Below, piece after piece: positions 37,912 through 48,088 of a DNA stretch of 64,000 bases. Position 1 is the stretch's first letter; every line of letters starts with the position of its first letter. Under the pieces are notes generated by a model. It worked only from the letters and a program-made list of their open reading frames with translations. It did no database searches and had not been told where the DNA came from. This DNA is from Candidatus Poribacteria bacterium. GTDB taxonomy: Bacteria; Poribacteria; WGA-4E; WGA-3G. Where the stretch lies: the NCBI GenBank assembly GCA_965242965.1, contig OZ251518.1, positions 416,001 through 480,000 of the forward strand, read 5' to 3'. A program made the position numbers and the translations under genes.

Positions 37912-40900
37912 ATGACAAGCAAATCGCTTTTTTCCTTAAGTTTACTGCTGCTTGCCACCCTAGCGGTTTCCCTCGGAACAGGGACGGAAGCGCAGGCACA
38001 AACTTACACAATTAACGCCGTTAGAATTTATGTGAACCCTGACATGGTAGACCCTAGTGAGGATGGCATGCCCGTTGAGTTTGCCGACGCGCGGACGAGT
38101 CCCATTGGCGGCAAACTGCCGAAGGTTGCCAATTCCTCTGTCGGGACGTTGAGCACCGAGGGAGGTGGTGTTGAAATCACCGCAACAAACGCGCACGATA
38201 GCACAACTCCCTATACCGCGAACGCGGGAGACATCATCGCCATTGCCTTTCAGGTAACCGCGACAGGGGGTTCGGTCCTTCACGGCTCAGTCATCTCTCT
38301 CGCTGGTTGGGAGACGGGCGGCCCACGGGGGATGGTTGGCGTATATACAAAACCCCTGTACCCGAGCCGCTTGATAGAAGGAAGTGGCGGTTCGGCTGTG
38401 ACTGTCCCCTCGCCCTACAACTTTACCGTGGTATACGCCTACCCGGTGAGGTCTGACGACATGGACGCGGATGGCGATTGGCTGTTCCATCGTTCTGGTA
38501 ACAGGCCTTTCCACCGCTGGACTGGAGCGTTAAACGCGACTTATTCCGCCCCTATCACTGTCCGCTATCCCAGGATAGATGGTAGCGTTTCGACGATTCC
38601 GACGGTGACGCGCCTGACGATAAACAGGCCGCCCGCCGGGCAGTCAGGACGCTCCCGCTATTACAAAGTCCGCCAAGAGTGTTTGGATCATCAACGAAAA
38701 TACGCGGCTGTCTACACGAATGCTTGTGAATTAGTGCAGGACCACGGCTGGGCTCTTCCCAACGATCCGACTCATCCGGTAACGCTGGCCAATAGCCTGC
38801 CGACTGCCTTTTTCAAAGCCGGCGACACGATAGAATTTCAGTTGCAGTTTAGCGAAGAGGTGATTGTGACAGGGGCTCCAATCCTAGAGCTCATGCTTGA
38901 TGGGGGCACCGGACGGATGCACTACGTACCCGCCGGGAGTGGAGCAACGACACTTACCTTCCGATACACAGTGCAACAAGGCGATACGGCTTTCGGTGGC
39001 ATCGCGGCTTGGAATGCCTGGGGTAACATCAGGGATGGCAATAGCATCGAAGATATATCAGGGCATAAAGTTAATAGCGTTACCCGGGACGTTGAATCGG
39101 CGATTCGGGCATTTTTTGCCGGTCAAGAGGGCATCAGGGCGGAGGAGGCTCATCCCTGGTTAGACCCGCCAGGTGCCCACTGGAAAAAGTATGCCACCGG
39201 TATCGCTGAATACCTTGTGGATACTGTCCCGCCGACGGTGTGGATTCCCGGCTTGATAAAGAATGGGGAGACACACACCGACGATAGACGGAATACGTTT
39301 GTGAGTGTGGAACCGACTTATCTTGCTGTCCCTACATTTACGGAGGCAGATCTCCGAGCGGTTGTTACGGAAAGTGAATCACAGACAGATGCCTTTGATG
39401 TGGAATTCCGCTTTTTTAATTGGGACGGTGGGGCACTAGCCGACGAAGTGGGGATTAGTTTTACCGGCGATGATGTGGAGATCACGGGGGCGAATGTGGA
39501 GCGAGCCGATTGGGCAGTTGAAACTACCTATATCGGATTAGACCATCGTGCTACCAATCAGTGGCCGCCTACCGACAGAGCGGGGCAGCCAGCGGGTTCA
39601 GCCCATAAGCCAGGGCATGCCAAGAACTCCGCGTCGTTCCTCGTCTACAAGGCGACAATTCGTCCGGCCCTGGGTTTTCAGGGCAACGTGTCCATCAGTT
39701 TGCCGGCGGGTGCTACTCAAGATATCGCCGGCAACGACAGTTATGCCTCAAATACGTTGACAGTGCCCGTGAACAATCCATTGCGCGTGGTGGAAAAGCC
39801 GGAGATTGTCGTGCCTCCCGCCGGTGTCCATACTGCCGGGGATAAGATTGAAGTGGAAGTGACGTATGACAAGGAGAATCTCCGCTATGAAGGCGAGAAC
39901 CCGCCGTATGTGACGCTTTATCTCGGCGAAGAAGTGCCGGCAAATGCAAGGCATGCAACATGGCAACGCGCCGAAGACGCAAATTCCACGAAAGTGACGT
40001 TTGCGTATACGGTGGCAGCAACGGACACGGTGGCAGAGGCAGTGCGTGTCCCTTCCGTCAAGATAATGGTTCCTGAAGAGACGAGTTTGCTTTCTGGTTC
40101 CCTCGGTGCGTCGGCTGAGCGGCAGTCTGGAACAGAGGAGCGTGCGGCGGCATCTGGTGCTGCGCCAACAACGGTGCCGACGGTAGAGCCGTCGCCGTTG
40201 GAAGATACGTCTGGACGTGAGATTGCCCCGGTAGTTTCGGAGACACCGGTGGTGCCGGTGATTTACCTTCCGGAAACGTCAGATCCGAAGGCGGTTGCAT
40301 CGGCTGTGCCTCGCAAGCCCATCGTTTTCAACGAACTCGGCAACGGCAGCGGCGATGCTGATGACTGGCTGGAACTTCGCAATGTCACCGGTGATGCAGT
40401 CTCGTTAAAAGACTGGGAGCTCAGCATCGTGCAGGATGGCAAGAAGGAAGATACCTCCCTGATTGCTTTTGTAGAAGATGTGAGTGTGCCGGCGAATGGG
40501 CTGTTGTTGCTCGTGAATACGTCACCGGACAAAACGTCTCTCGCCGGTGGGGATAACGTGGAGACTGCCGAGGTCGAGACAAAAGGTTCTTCGCACCAGT
40601 ATCTTGTCAAATCGGAGTTGTCCCTACCAGATGATGGCAAGTTCCTCTTGATTCTCCGGAACGCGAAGGATAAACGCGGCTTGAACGAGGCGTTCGTGGA
40701 TGTCGCCGGTGGCGGCGGCAGTGACACGGATGCGTTTGTCCGCGAGCAGACAGGCGATTATGATACGCATGTCTGGCCCTTGCAAGTGTTGCAGGCACCG
40801 GGTGGTGACACTGAAGATGCCCTCGGCTCAGGCAAAGTCTGGCAGCGCGCCAAGGCGGACATTGTGGGATACCACAAAGATGCCTGGGCAGAATCGGCGT

Positions 40901-41994
40901 TCACCGGTATCGGTTACGATAGGAAGGTGACAGAGTCTCCTGCCACTTCCGGCACGCCGGGATATCCGAATGGTGCTGTCAAAACGGAAGCTGCCACGCC
41001 GAAGGGAAGTGTCACGCTCAGCGAAATCATGTTTGATTCTGCAGGTGGCACATTGCCGCAGTGGATCGAACTCTACAACAATTCCAAAACGGATGCAATC
41101 AATCTCAACCGCTGGAGGTTGGAGATTCAGAACGTCGACTCCGAGGATTTAGTCGGCCGCCCGATTGTCACGTTGACGTTAGGAGAAAAAGTGATTCAAC
41201 CGAATCAAACGTTGCTCATCGTCGCAGGTCCGGCGCGTGCGTCATCGGATTCGTATCTGCCGGCGGATAGAGTTTACGATCTGCTTGCACTGCATGAGAA
41301 GAATCTGCGTATCAAGCGTGCGCGGGATACGTTCTTGAGTACCGAGGGGTTCTACTTGCAACTCTCCGATAGAAACGGGAATCTGGTAGACGAAGTCGGG
41401 AATAGGGACAGCGACAGGCGTTCGGATGATGCGCCGGCATGGGCATTACCGCTGAGTTTTGAGGAAGGTTCGCGGAGTTCTGTCATTCGGCGTTACGATA
41501 AAGGGGTTGCGCTGCCGGGACGAAAGCGTGCGAGTTGGGTGTTGGCATCGCGCATCAAGCCGTTTGATGAGTCTCTCCATTACGGCCATGCTGAGGACAT
41601 CGGCACACCGGGGCATCGCGAAGGTGGTGCATTGCCGGTGGAGTTATCCAGTTTCTCGATGACGCGTAATGAAACAGGTGCTGTTGTCTTGACATGGACA
41701 ACCGAATCTGAGGTAGATAACGCCGGTTTCAATCTGCGTCGCAGTGAAAAGCGCGCGAGCGGTTTCACGCTCTTGAATCCTGCCTTAATCGCCGGTGCCG
41801 GCACGACGGGTGAACGTCAAACTTACACGTTTACCGACACATCGGCGAAGCCGGGAATTGAGTATTACTATCAGATCGAGGAAGTTGCGTTTGATGGGAA
41901 GCCGGAGACGTTAGTGACGCGGTTGTTGCCGGGTCCTGTTTCTGCATCTAATCGGATGCTGACGACATTCGGCGAAGTCAAGCAGCAGGAGTAA
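37912..41994 (+). CDS. Large secreted/surface protein with Ig-like repeats and two lamin-tail-like domains
   Basis: Signal peptide; FKAGDTI..FSEEV.VTGAP.L...GSG.TTLTFRYTV; IVFNEL..DWLELRN; LSEIMF..QWIELYN; GTPG; LPVELSSF...WTTESEVDNAGFN; C-terminal MLTTFGEVK. Confidence 0.82.
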   Translation: MTSKSLFSLSLLLLATLAVSLGTGTEAQAQTYTINAVRIYVNPDMVDPSEDGMPVEFADARTSPIGGKLPKVANSSVGTLSTEGGGVEITATNAHDSTTPYTANAGDIIAIAFQVTATGGSVLHGSVISLAGWETGGPRGMVGVYTKPLYPSRLIEGSGGSAVTVPSPYNFTVVYAYPVRSDDMDADGDWLFHRSGNRPFHRWTGALNATYSAPITVRYPRIDGSVSTIPTVTRLTINRPPAGQSGRSRYYKVRQECLDHQRKYAAVYTNACELVQDHGWALPNDPTHPVTLANSLPTAFFKAGDTIEFQLQFSEEVIVTGAPILELMLDGGTGRMHYVPAGSGATTLTFRYTVQQGDTAFGGIAAWNAWGNIRDGNSIEDISGHKVNSVTRDVESAIRAFFAGQEGIRAEEAHPWLDPPGAHWKKYATGIAEYLVDTVPPTVWIPGLIKNGETHTDDRRNTFVSVEPTYLAVPTFTEADLRAVVTESESQTDAFDVEFRFFNWDGGALADEVGISFTGDDVEITGANVERADWAVETTYIGLDHRATNQWPPTDRAGQPAGSAHKPGHAKNSASFLVYKATIRPALGFQGNVSISLPAGATQDIAGNDSYASNTLTVPVNNPLRVVEKPEIVVPPAGVHTAGDKIEVEVTYDKENLRYEGENPPYVTLYLGEEVPANARHATWQRAEDANSTKVTFAYTVAATDTVAEAVRVPSVKIMVPEETSLLSGSLGASAERQSGTEERAAASGAAPTTVPTVEPSPLEDTSGREIAPVVSETPVVPVIYLPETSDPKAVASAVPRKPIVFNELGNGSGDADDWLELRNVTGDAVSLKDWELSIVQDGKKEDTSLIAFVEDVSVPANGLLLLVNTSPDKTSLAGGDNVETAEVETKGSSHQYLVKSELSLPDDGKFLLILRNAKDKRGLNEAFVDVAGGGGSDTDAFVREQTGDYDTHVWPLQVLQAPGGDTEDALGSGKVWQRAKADIVGYHKDAWAESAFTGIGYDRKVTESPATSGTPGYPNGAVKTEAATPKGSVTLSEIMFDSAGGTLPQWIELYNNSKTDAINLNRWRLEIQNVDSEDLVGRPIVTLTLGEKVIQPNQTLLIVAGPARASSDSYLPADRVYDLLALHEKNLRIKRARDTFLSTEGFYLQLSDRNGNLVDEVGNRDSDRRSDDAPAWALPLSFEEGSRSSVIRRYDKGVALPGRKRASWVLASRIKPFDESLHYGHAEDIGTPGHREGGALPVELSSFSMTRNETGAVVLTWTTESEVDNAGFNLRRSEKRASGFTLLNPALIAGAGTTGERQTYTFTDTSAKPGIEYYYQIEEVAFDGKPETLVTRLLPGPVSASNRMLTTFGEVKQQE

Positions 41995-42392
41995 ACGCAA
42001 TATCACCGTAGCGCGGGGGCCTGTCCCCCGCGATGCCTCTAACTGTCTGAATCAGGATTTTCGGGATTTTAGGATTTTCAGGATTATCTCCCTCGCGGCG
42101 GTGAAACCTCTGTTGAAAAGGACAGCACAGAGCCTACGGACCTAAAACTCCATTTTCCAGCAGTGCCGCATCGGTTGGAGACCAGGGTCCCTAATCTTGC
42201 TAATCGTGATAATCTTGTAAATCCTGCTTCAGACGATTGGCACGGCGAGGGACAGGCCCTCGCCCTACGGTAAAACGGGCCGTTCTGGATACCGTAGCGC
42301 GGGGGCCTGTCCCCCGCGATCGCCTGATAGACCGCAGCATGGCGAGGGACAGGCCCTCGCCCTACGATAAAACAAACCATACTGAATCCATC

Positions 42393-42426
42393 GCGCGGGG
42401 GAAAACCCATCCCCCGCGCTTTTTTT
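42393..42426 (+). terminator. Intrinsic terminator
   Basis: GCGCGGGGG...CCCCCGCGC followed by a T7 run. Confidence 0.7.
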
Positions 42427-42487
42427 GTGCTTTTCAGACAATAAATGCGCAATACAACCAGACAAAAATCCCCAAAACCATTTTAAC

Positions 42488-42517
42488 TTGACTTTTCACG
42501 TGAAATTATGATATAAT
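42488..42517 (+). promoter_or_regulatory. Promoter of the rimP-nusA-infB operon
   Basis: TTGACT-N18-TATAAT. The spacer holds the perfect palindrome TTTCACGTGAAA. Confidence 0.6.
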
Positions 42518-42637
42518 TATATCCAGTGTGATTTCGTTCAGAAGAAAATGGCGTGCGCGCCTAAAGAACGGAATCTTTCTGAATTATATCAAAACGTTTG
42601 CAAATGTATCGTGCTCTGTGCTATAATAGGAGAAATA

Positions 42638-43087
42638 ATGACAGAAACCGAAAAGTCCGCCATTGTTGAGATGTTAACTCCGCTATTGTCCAGCGATGGC
42701 ATTGAATTGGTAGACGTTGAGGCGCATGGTAAGTCGTTACGCCTCTTAATTCACAAACATGGTGGGTTATCGGTGGCCGATTGCCAAGCGGTGAACCTAC
42801 TCGTTCATCCGATTTTGGCAGTGCATCAGCATTTAGCATCTTATACGCAGTTGGAAGTAGCGTCGCCGGGGATAGACAGACCTTTGAGAACGGCGGCGGA
42901 TTTTCGGCGGAATCAGGGACGGCGCGTTCGGATTGAGGCTATCGGGGAAAACGGACAACCCACCGAGGTGCAAGGCACGGTAGAGGAAGTATCGGCTGAG
43001 CGCGTGACACTCACGCAATCCCGCGGTCGGCGCGTTCACGTCGCGCTATCGCGTATTCGCAATGCACAGATAGAGTTGGAGTGGTGA
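42638..43087 (+). CDS. rimP: Ribosome maturation factor RimP
   Basis: ELVDVE, G.SVADC and LEVASPGIDRPL, upstream of nusA. AGGAG RBS. Confidence 0.92.
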   Translation: MTETEKSAIVEMLTPLLSSDGIELVDVEAHGKSLRLLIHKHGGLSVADCQAVNLLVHPILAVHQHLASYTQLEVASPGIDRPLRTAADFRRNQGRRVRIEAIGENGQPTEVQGTVEEVSAERVTLTQSRGRRVHVALSRIRNAQIELEW

Positions 43088-43216
43088 GAAGCCCGTTTCG
43101 TTATCGGGACTCAGGCTCCCGGTGTACTCGCATCGAGACCAGGAGAGCTCTCCTACCGCGGGCCGGCACTACAAACGGTGATGGAGTCTCACACAATTTG
43201 AGAAAGGAGGGGGAGG

Positions 43217-44704
43217 ATGTTAGCAAATCTGCAAAATGTTCTTCGTCAAAACACAGCGCATACGGAGTTGCCGGAGCATGTTTTCGTTGACGCGATAGAG
43301 GCGGCACTGCTCGCTGCGGCACGCCGTGTTTACGGTGCGAATGCCGATGTCTCTGTGGAGATTAACCTTGACGCAAGCGAGATACGGTGCTATGTACCGA
43401 AAACCGTTGTCAACATTATGCGGGATTTCTCGACAGAGATTCCGATTGATACCGCGCGACGGCTCCATGCAGGCGCGGAACTTGGCCAAACGCTTGAGGT
43501 GGAAATTAACCCGATGGAGTTTGGACGCATTCCGGCGCAATTGGCGCGGCAAATCCTGCGTCAAAAAATAAAAGAGGCGGAACGCGCAAAAATCTACGAG
43601 GAATTTGAAAACCGCGAGGGTGAACTTGTCACAGGCCATATACAGCGGTTTGAGCGCGGCGGCTTCATTCTCGATCTGGAGCAAACGGAGGCGTTTCTAC
43701 CAGTGCGCGAGGTGCCCCAAGGGCACCATTACGAACGCGGCAAACGACTGCAATGCCTCATCTTGCAAGTGCGCGATGCCAACCGCGGCGCGCCTGTTAT
43801 CGTCTCTCGCACGCATAAAAACCTTATCCAGGGGTTATTTGAGCAAGAGGTGCCCGAAATCTTTGAAGGACAGGTGGAAATCGTCGCAATCGCACGCGAC
43901 CCGGGCAAACGCTCAAAAGTTGCTGTCACCGCAAATGATGAAGCGATAGATGCCGTCGGCACCTGCGTCGGTGTCAAAGGTGTTCGCGTCCAAGCAATCG
44001 TCGCCGAATTGGATGACGAGAAAATCGATCTGATTGAATGGAGCGATGACCCGAGGGTTTTTATCGGCAACTCGCTTTGTCCGGCAGAGGTGTCTCGGGT
44101 GGAGATGAGCGACTCTAACAGAAGCGCGCGCGTCGTTGTCCCAGACAATAAACTCTCTCTCGCCATCGGGCGGCGGGGACAAAACGCCCGGCTCGCCGCG
44201 AAACTGACCGGGTGGAAAGTTGACATCAAGAGCGAATCCGAAGCCGGCGTATCTATTGATGCACTCTTCAAACCGGAAGCAACCGAAGAAGGCATCGCGG
44301 GCGCGGAGATATTCACGGACGCGCCGACTGGACAAACGTTGCTGACGGAAGCGGACGCGCCTGCCGATGAAACCACGCTCTTGCAAGAAGCGGAAGCCGA
44401 CGAAGAAGGACAGGAAGCGATGCTGACAACAGAGACATCGGTACCTGTTAGTGACGATGTGGACAATGTGGACAATGTGGACGATGTGATAGAAATAGCA
44501 CCGGACGAAGCACCGGCAACGGCAGTGCCTGAAGAGGCGACAACTGAAACTGACGATGAACCCGAACCGGCCGAAGAAAGCGAGCCGCGAGAGGAGAAGA
44601 CGGCTGACGGTTCGGACGTAACTGCCGCGGAATTGCCGGATGAACTTTTCCTTGAAGATTTTGAGTTTGAGGAAGAGGAAGCGTTTGACGACGAGAAGAT
44701 GTAA
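43217..44704 (+). CDS. nusA: Transcription termination factor NusA with a long acidic tail
   Basis: FGRIPAQ.ARQ, LFEQEVPEI, ARDPGKRSKVAV, CVGVKG.RV and LSLAIGRRGQNARLAAKLTGWKVDI. Confidence 0.96.
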   Translation: MLANLQNVLRQNTAHTELPEHVFVDAIEAALLAAARRVYGANADVSVEINLDASEIRCYVPKTVVNIMRDFSTEIPIDTARRLHAGAELGQTLEVEINPMEFGRIPAQLARQILRQKIKEAERAKIYEEFENREGELVTGHIQRFERGGFILDLEQTEAFLPVREVPQGHHYERGKRLQCLILQVRDANRGAPVIVSRTHKNLIQGLFEQEVPEIFEGQVEIVAIARDPGKRSKVAVTANDEAIDAVGTCVGVKGVRVQAIVAELDDEKIDLIEWSDDPRVFIGNSLCPAEVSRVEMSDSNRSARVVVPDNKLSLAIGRRGQNARLAAKLTGWKVDIKSESEAGVSIDALFKPEATEEGIAGAEIFTDAPTGQTLLTEADAPADETTLLQEAEADEEGQEAMLTTETSVPVSDDVDNVDNVDDVIEIAPDEAPATAVPEEATTETDDEPEPAEESEPREEKTADGSDVTAAELPDELFLEDFEFEEEEAFDDEKM

Positions 44705-44739
44705 ACGCCTCGTCCGTTTTCCCTAGGAGCTGGACTGCT

Positions 44740-44970
44740 ATGGCGAAACAGCCTATTCGCACCTGTATCGGATGCCGCGGCAAATTTCCGCAACGGCACC
44801 TCATCCGCTTCGCATGCCAAGAGGGACGAACGGTGCAACCAGACCGGCGCAAGAATCTCCCCGGGCGCGGTGTCTACACCTGTCGTTCGGAAACGTGTAT
44901 CGAGAATGCGTTTTTCCGGAAAGGCAGCCGATATCGGCTCGTCGGAGTCAAACAGGAGGAATTATTATGA
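44740..44970 (+). CDS. ylxR: YlxR/RnpM (DUF448) RNA-binding protein
   Basis: PIRTCIGCR...LIRF...PGRGVYTC....C, located between nusA and infB. Confidence 0.88.
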   Translation: MAKQPIRTCIGCRGKFPQRHLIRFACQEGRTVQPDRRKNLPGRGVYTCRSETCIENAFFRKGSRYRLVGVKQEELL

Positions 44971-47042
44971 GAGATGGCCCACGGCGGAGGCCAAGAAGAG
45001 CCAAAGCGAATCGTGAGGACAATCAAACTGCTACCCCCGGTACGCGGGTTCACGAATTAGCAAAGCAGTATAAGGTGCGGAGCAAAGTCCTGATGGAACT
45101 GCTCGCAACGCACGGCATTCGTGTCAAAAACCACATGAGTCTGCTTGACGAGAAAGCCGTTCAGTTAGTCAAGGAGGGATTGGGAGAGGTTTCGCCGGAA
45201 GAAGATGCATCGAGTTCGGCGAGTTCGGAGCGTTCGGAAAGGACAGAGCGGCCGGACGGTTCGGCAAAACGCGCCGCCGCCCCTCAGTCCAGAACGCCCG
45301 TGCGCGTCACCGAAGGCATCACCGTTGCCGGCTTGGCGGATTCACTCCATTTACAACCGAACGAGCTCATCATGCGCTTGATGAACCTGAAGGTGATGGC
45401 AAACATCAATCAGCGGTTGGATTACGACACGCTGACGATGCTTGGAACGCATCTGGACTTTGAGGCACTCAAAGCACCGAAGCTGGAAGACGAATTACTG
45501 GCAGAAATCCCAGACCCGCCAGCATCGCTCCAGCCGAGGGCCCCAGTGATTACCATCATGGGGCACGTAGACCACGGTAAAACGTCGCTTTTGGACCGGA
45601 TTCGGCAATCAAACATCAGCGCATCGGAAGCCGGAAATATCACACAACATATTGGGGCTTACCATGTAATGCTGGACACCGGGAGCATCGTTTTCTTAGA
45701 CACGCCCGGCCACGCCGCTTTTACGGCGATGCGGGCGCGCGGCGCACAAGTAACGGACATCGTCGTCCTGATTGTCGCCGCTGACGACGGCGTGATGCCA
45801 CAGACGATAGAGGCACTCAATCACGCCAAGGCGGCGAACGTCCCCATCGTTGTCGCTGTTAATAAGATTGATGTCTCCGGGGCGCGACCGGATTTTGTCA
45901 AGCAACAACTCTCAACGCATGAGCTGGTCCCCGAGGAATGGGGAGGACAGACAATTTGCGTCGAGACCTCGGCGATAGAAGGGACAGGCATCGACTTTTT
46001 GTTGGAGATGCTCCTGCTTGAAGCCGCACTCTTGGAGTTGAAAGCGAATCCGGATAAACGGGCACGCGGCATTGTCATTGAAGCACAAGTGGACAAAGGC
46101 CGCGGCGCAGTTGCAACCGTCCTCGTGCAATCGGGAACGTTGAAGGTGGGCGACGTGTTCGTTTCCGGCAGATATTCCGGGAAAGTCCGCGCCATGATGG
46201 ATGACATGGGGAAACGGATGAAAGTGGCGGGGCCTGCCATTCCAGTGGAGGTGCTCGGCTTTACAGGGGTTCCGGAGGCCGGAGACAGGTTCCATGTCGT
46301 CGGGTCGGAAAAGGATGCCAGAACCATCAGCGAAACACGACAGGACGAATACCGAACGGCGAAACTCGGCGCGAAAAGCCATGTGAGTCTTGACGCGCTC
46401 TACCAGCAGATTCAGGAAGGCGAAGTCAAGGAGTTGAACATTATCGTCAAAGGCGATGTGCAGGGCTCCGTGCAAGCTGTCTCTGAATCCCTAGTCAATC
46501 TGAGCACCGATGAGGTGAAAATCAACATCATCCACCAAGCGACCGGGGGGATTACGGAGACAGACATTCTCCTCGCCTCGGCATCGGAGGCTATCGTCGT
46601 CGGTTTTAACGTTCATCCGACAACCGAAGCGGTGCAGGCGAAGGAGACTGAGGGGATTGATGTCCGCACCTATAACATCATCTATCACCTCATTTCCGAT
46701 ATCCGCTCAGCGATGGAAGGGCTGCTTGAGCCGGAGGTGCGCGAGGTTGTTATCGGGCGCGCCGAAGTGCGGGAGCTCTTCAAGGTGCCGCGCCTCGGCC
46801 TGGTCGCGGGTAGTTACGTCAACTGGGGTAGAATTTCCTATAACCAACCCTTGCGGGTGCTTCGTGACAACCGCTTAATTCACGAAGGCAAGGTGCATTC
46901 ACTGCGCCGGTTCAAGGACAGCGTGAACGAGGTGCAGGCGAACTATGAATGTGGTATCGGCATTGAGACATTCGCGGACTTACAGGTTGGCGATGTCTTG
47001 GAATGCTACGTTCATGAACAGATAGCCAGATCGCTTTCGTAA
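44967..47042 (+). CDS. infB: Translation initiation factor IF-2
   Basis: [50 protein letters not shown] and SLRRFKD. Confidence 0.97.
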   Translation: MRDGPRRRPRRAKANREDNQTATPGTRVHELAKQYKVRSKVLMELLATHGIRVKNHMSLLDEKAVQLVKEGLGEVSPEEDASSSASSERSERTERPDGSAKRAAAPQSRTPVRVTEGITVAGLADSLHLQPNELIMRLMNLKVMANINQRLDYDTLTMLGTHLDFEALKAPKLEDELLAEIPDPPASLQPRAPVITIMGHVDHGKTSLLDRIRQSNISASEAGNITQHIGAYHVMLDTGSIVFLDTPGHAAFTAMRARGAQVTDIVVLIVAADDGVMPQTIEALNHAKAANVPIVVAVNKIDVSGARPDFVKQQLSTHELVPEEWGGQTICVETSAIEGTGIDFLLEMLLLEAALLELKANPDKRARGIVIEAQVDKGRGAVATVLVQSGTLKVGDVFVSGRYSGKVRAMMDDMGKRMKVAGPAIPVEVLGFTGVPEAGDRFHVVGSEKDARTISETRQDEYRTAKLGAKSHVSLDALYQQIQEGEVKELNIIVKGDVQGSVQAVSESLVNLSTDEVKINIIHQATGGITETDILLASASEAIVVGFNVHPTTEAVQAKETEGIDVRTYNIIYHLISDIRSAMEGLLEPEVREVVIGRAEVRELFKVPRLGLVAGSYVNWGRISYNQPLRVLRDNRLIHEGKVHSLRRFKDSVNEVQANYECGIGIETFADLQVGDVLECYVHEQIARSLS

Positions 47043-47051
47043 GGCGCGCGC

Positions 47052-47336
47052 ATGCACATCGGTGTCTGTAAGCTCCATCTTCGCATCCCTGAAAGCCGTT
47101 CGCTGAAGACGAAGCGGCGTGTTGTCAAGAGCCTCATCGCCCGGCTCAAAAATCGGTTCAATGTGGCCGTAGCCGAGGTGGCGGCGTTGGATGCGCATCA
47201 GTCTGCTGTGTTAGCCGCCGTTTCGGTTTCCAACGACGCGGCACATCTAAACAGGCTTTTCGCGCACGTGATAACCTTTATTGAGACGCATACCGATGCC
47301 GAATTGGTGGATTATGAAACAGAGTTTTTCTTTTGA
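47052..47336 (+). CDS. DUF503 (YlxP) protein
   Basis: SLKTKRRVVKSL..RLKNRFNVAVAEV, between infB and rbfA. Confidence 0.88.
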   Translation: MHIGVCKLHLRIPESRSLKTKRRVVKSLIARLKNRFNVAVAEVAALDAHQSAVLAAVSVSNDAAHLNRLFAHVITFIETHTDAELVDYETEFFF

Positions 47337-47403
47337 CACGCCGCCGCGAAGCGGTAAAGCGCGTCTCCTGGGCTACTGGCGCGCTGCTGCATCAGGCTAA
47401 ATT

Positions 47404-47675
47404 GAGGGTGTTTCATAAATCGTCCAACGTCGCGGTGACAGGCCCTCGCGTTATTGAGCGCGCGCTCCCCGCCTGTAGGTCAGGATCGCCTGATCCTGAC
47501 CCGTTTGTGATCAGGCGATCACAAACTACAGACAGGGGGAAACATCGTGACGATGGAGATCGCGGGGGACAGGCCCCCGCGCTACGGGCACATCGAGACC
47601 GGGAGGTCTCTCCTACGGGGACATCGCTCGCATTGAGACCGGGAGGGCGCGCCAACGGATTTATGAAACACCCTC
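47404..47675. mobile_element. MITE-like element copy 5, inside the infB-rbfA operon
   Basis: TIRs intact. AGGCTAAATT at 47394-47403 versus AGCCTAAATT at 47676-47685 (9 of 10). Confidence 0.86.
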
Positions 47676-47696
47676 AGCCTAAATTAGGAAACTGAC

Positions 47697-48083
47697 ATGA
47701 CAAACAATAGAAGGCAAGACCGGGTGGGGGCCCTCATCCAACGGGAGTTAAGCGAGATTATCCAACGTTCCATCAAGGACCCGCGTGTTGCGTTTTGCAC
47801 CGTTACGCAGGCTGCAGTATCGCCGGACTTGAAGTATGTAGATGTCAAAGTGAGCGTTATCGGCGATGCAGAGCAGAAAAAGAAAACGCTCGCCGGTCTG
47901 AAAAGCGCGACCGGTTTTATGCGGCGGGAGATCGGCCGCCGCCTCACGCTCCGCTATTCCCCAGAATTGCGGTTCGCGTTGGACGAATCGGTCGATCATC
48001 TGATGAGAATAGACGAACTCCTGCGTTCAGACGAGGTAGAAAGTGACTCTCAGGAGTTAGACAGATCAGACAGACAGGACTAA
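47697..48083 (+). CDS. rbfA: Ribosome-binding factor A
   Basis: RQDRV..LIQRELS.II...IKDPR, SPDL and LRYSPELRF..D.S. Confidence 0.95.
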   Translation: MTNNRRQDRVGALIQRELSEIIQRSIKDPRVAFCTVTQAAVSPDLKYVDVKVSVIGDAEQKKKTLAGLKSATGFMRREIGRRLTLRYSPELRFALDESVDHLMRIDELLRSDEVESDSQELDRSDRQD

Positions 48084-48088
48084 AGGCT

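Noticed and set aside
44772-44966. Longer IF-2 N-terminus from the ORF track
   Set aside because: It overlaps ylxR. ATG 44967 has an AGGAGG RBS and an ATGA overlap with the ylxR stop.
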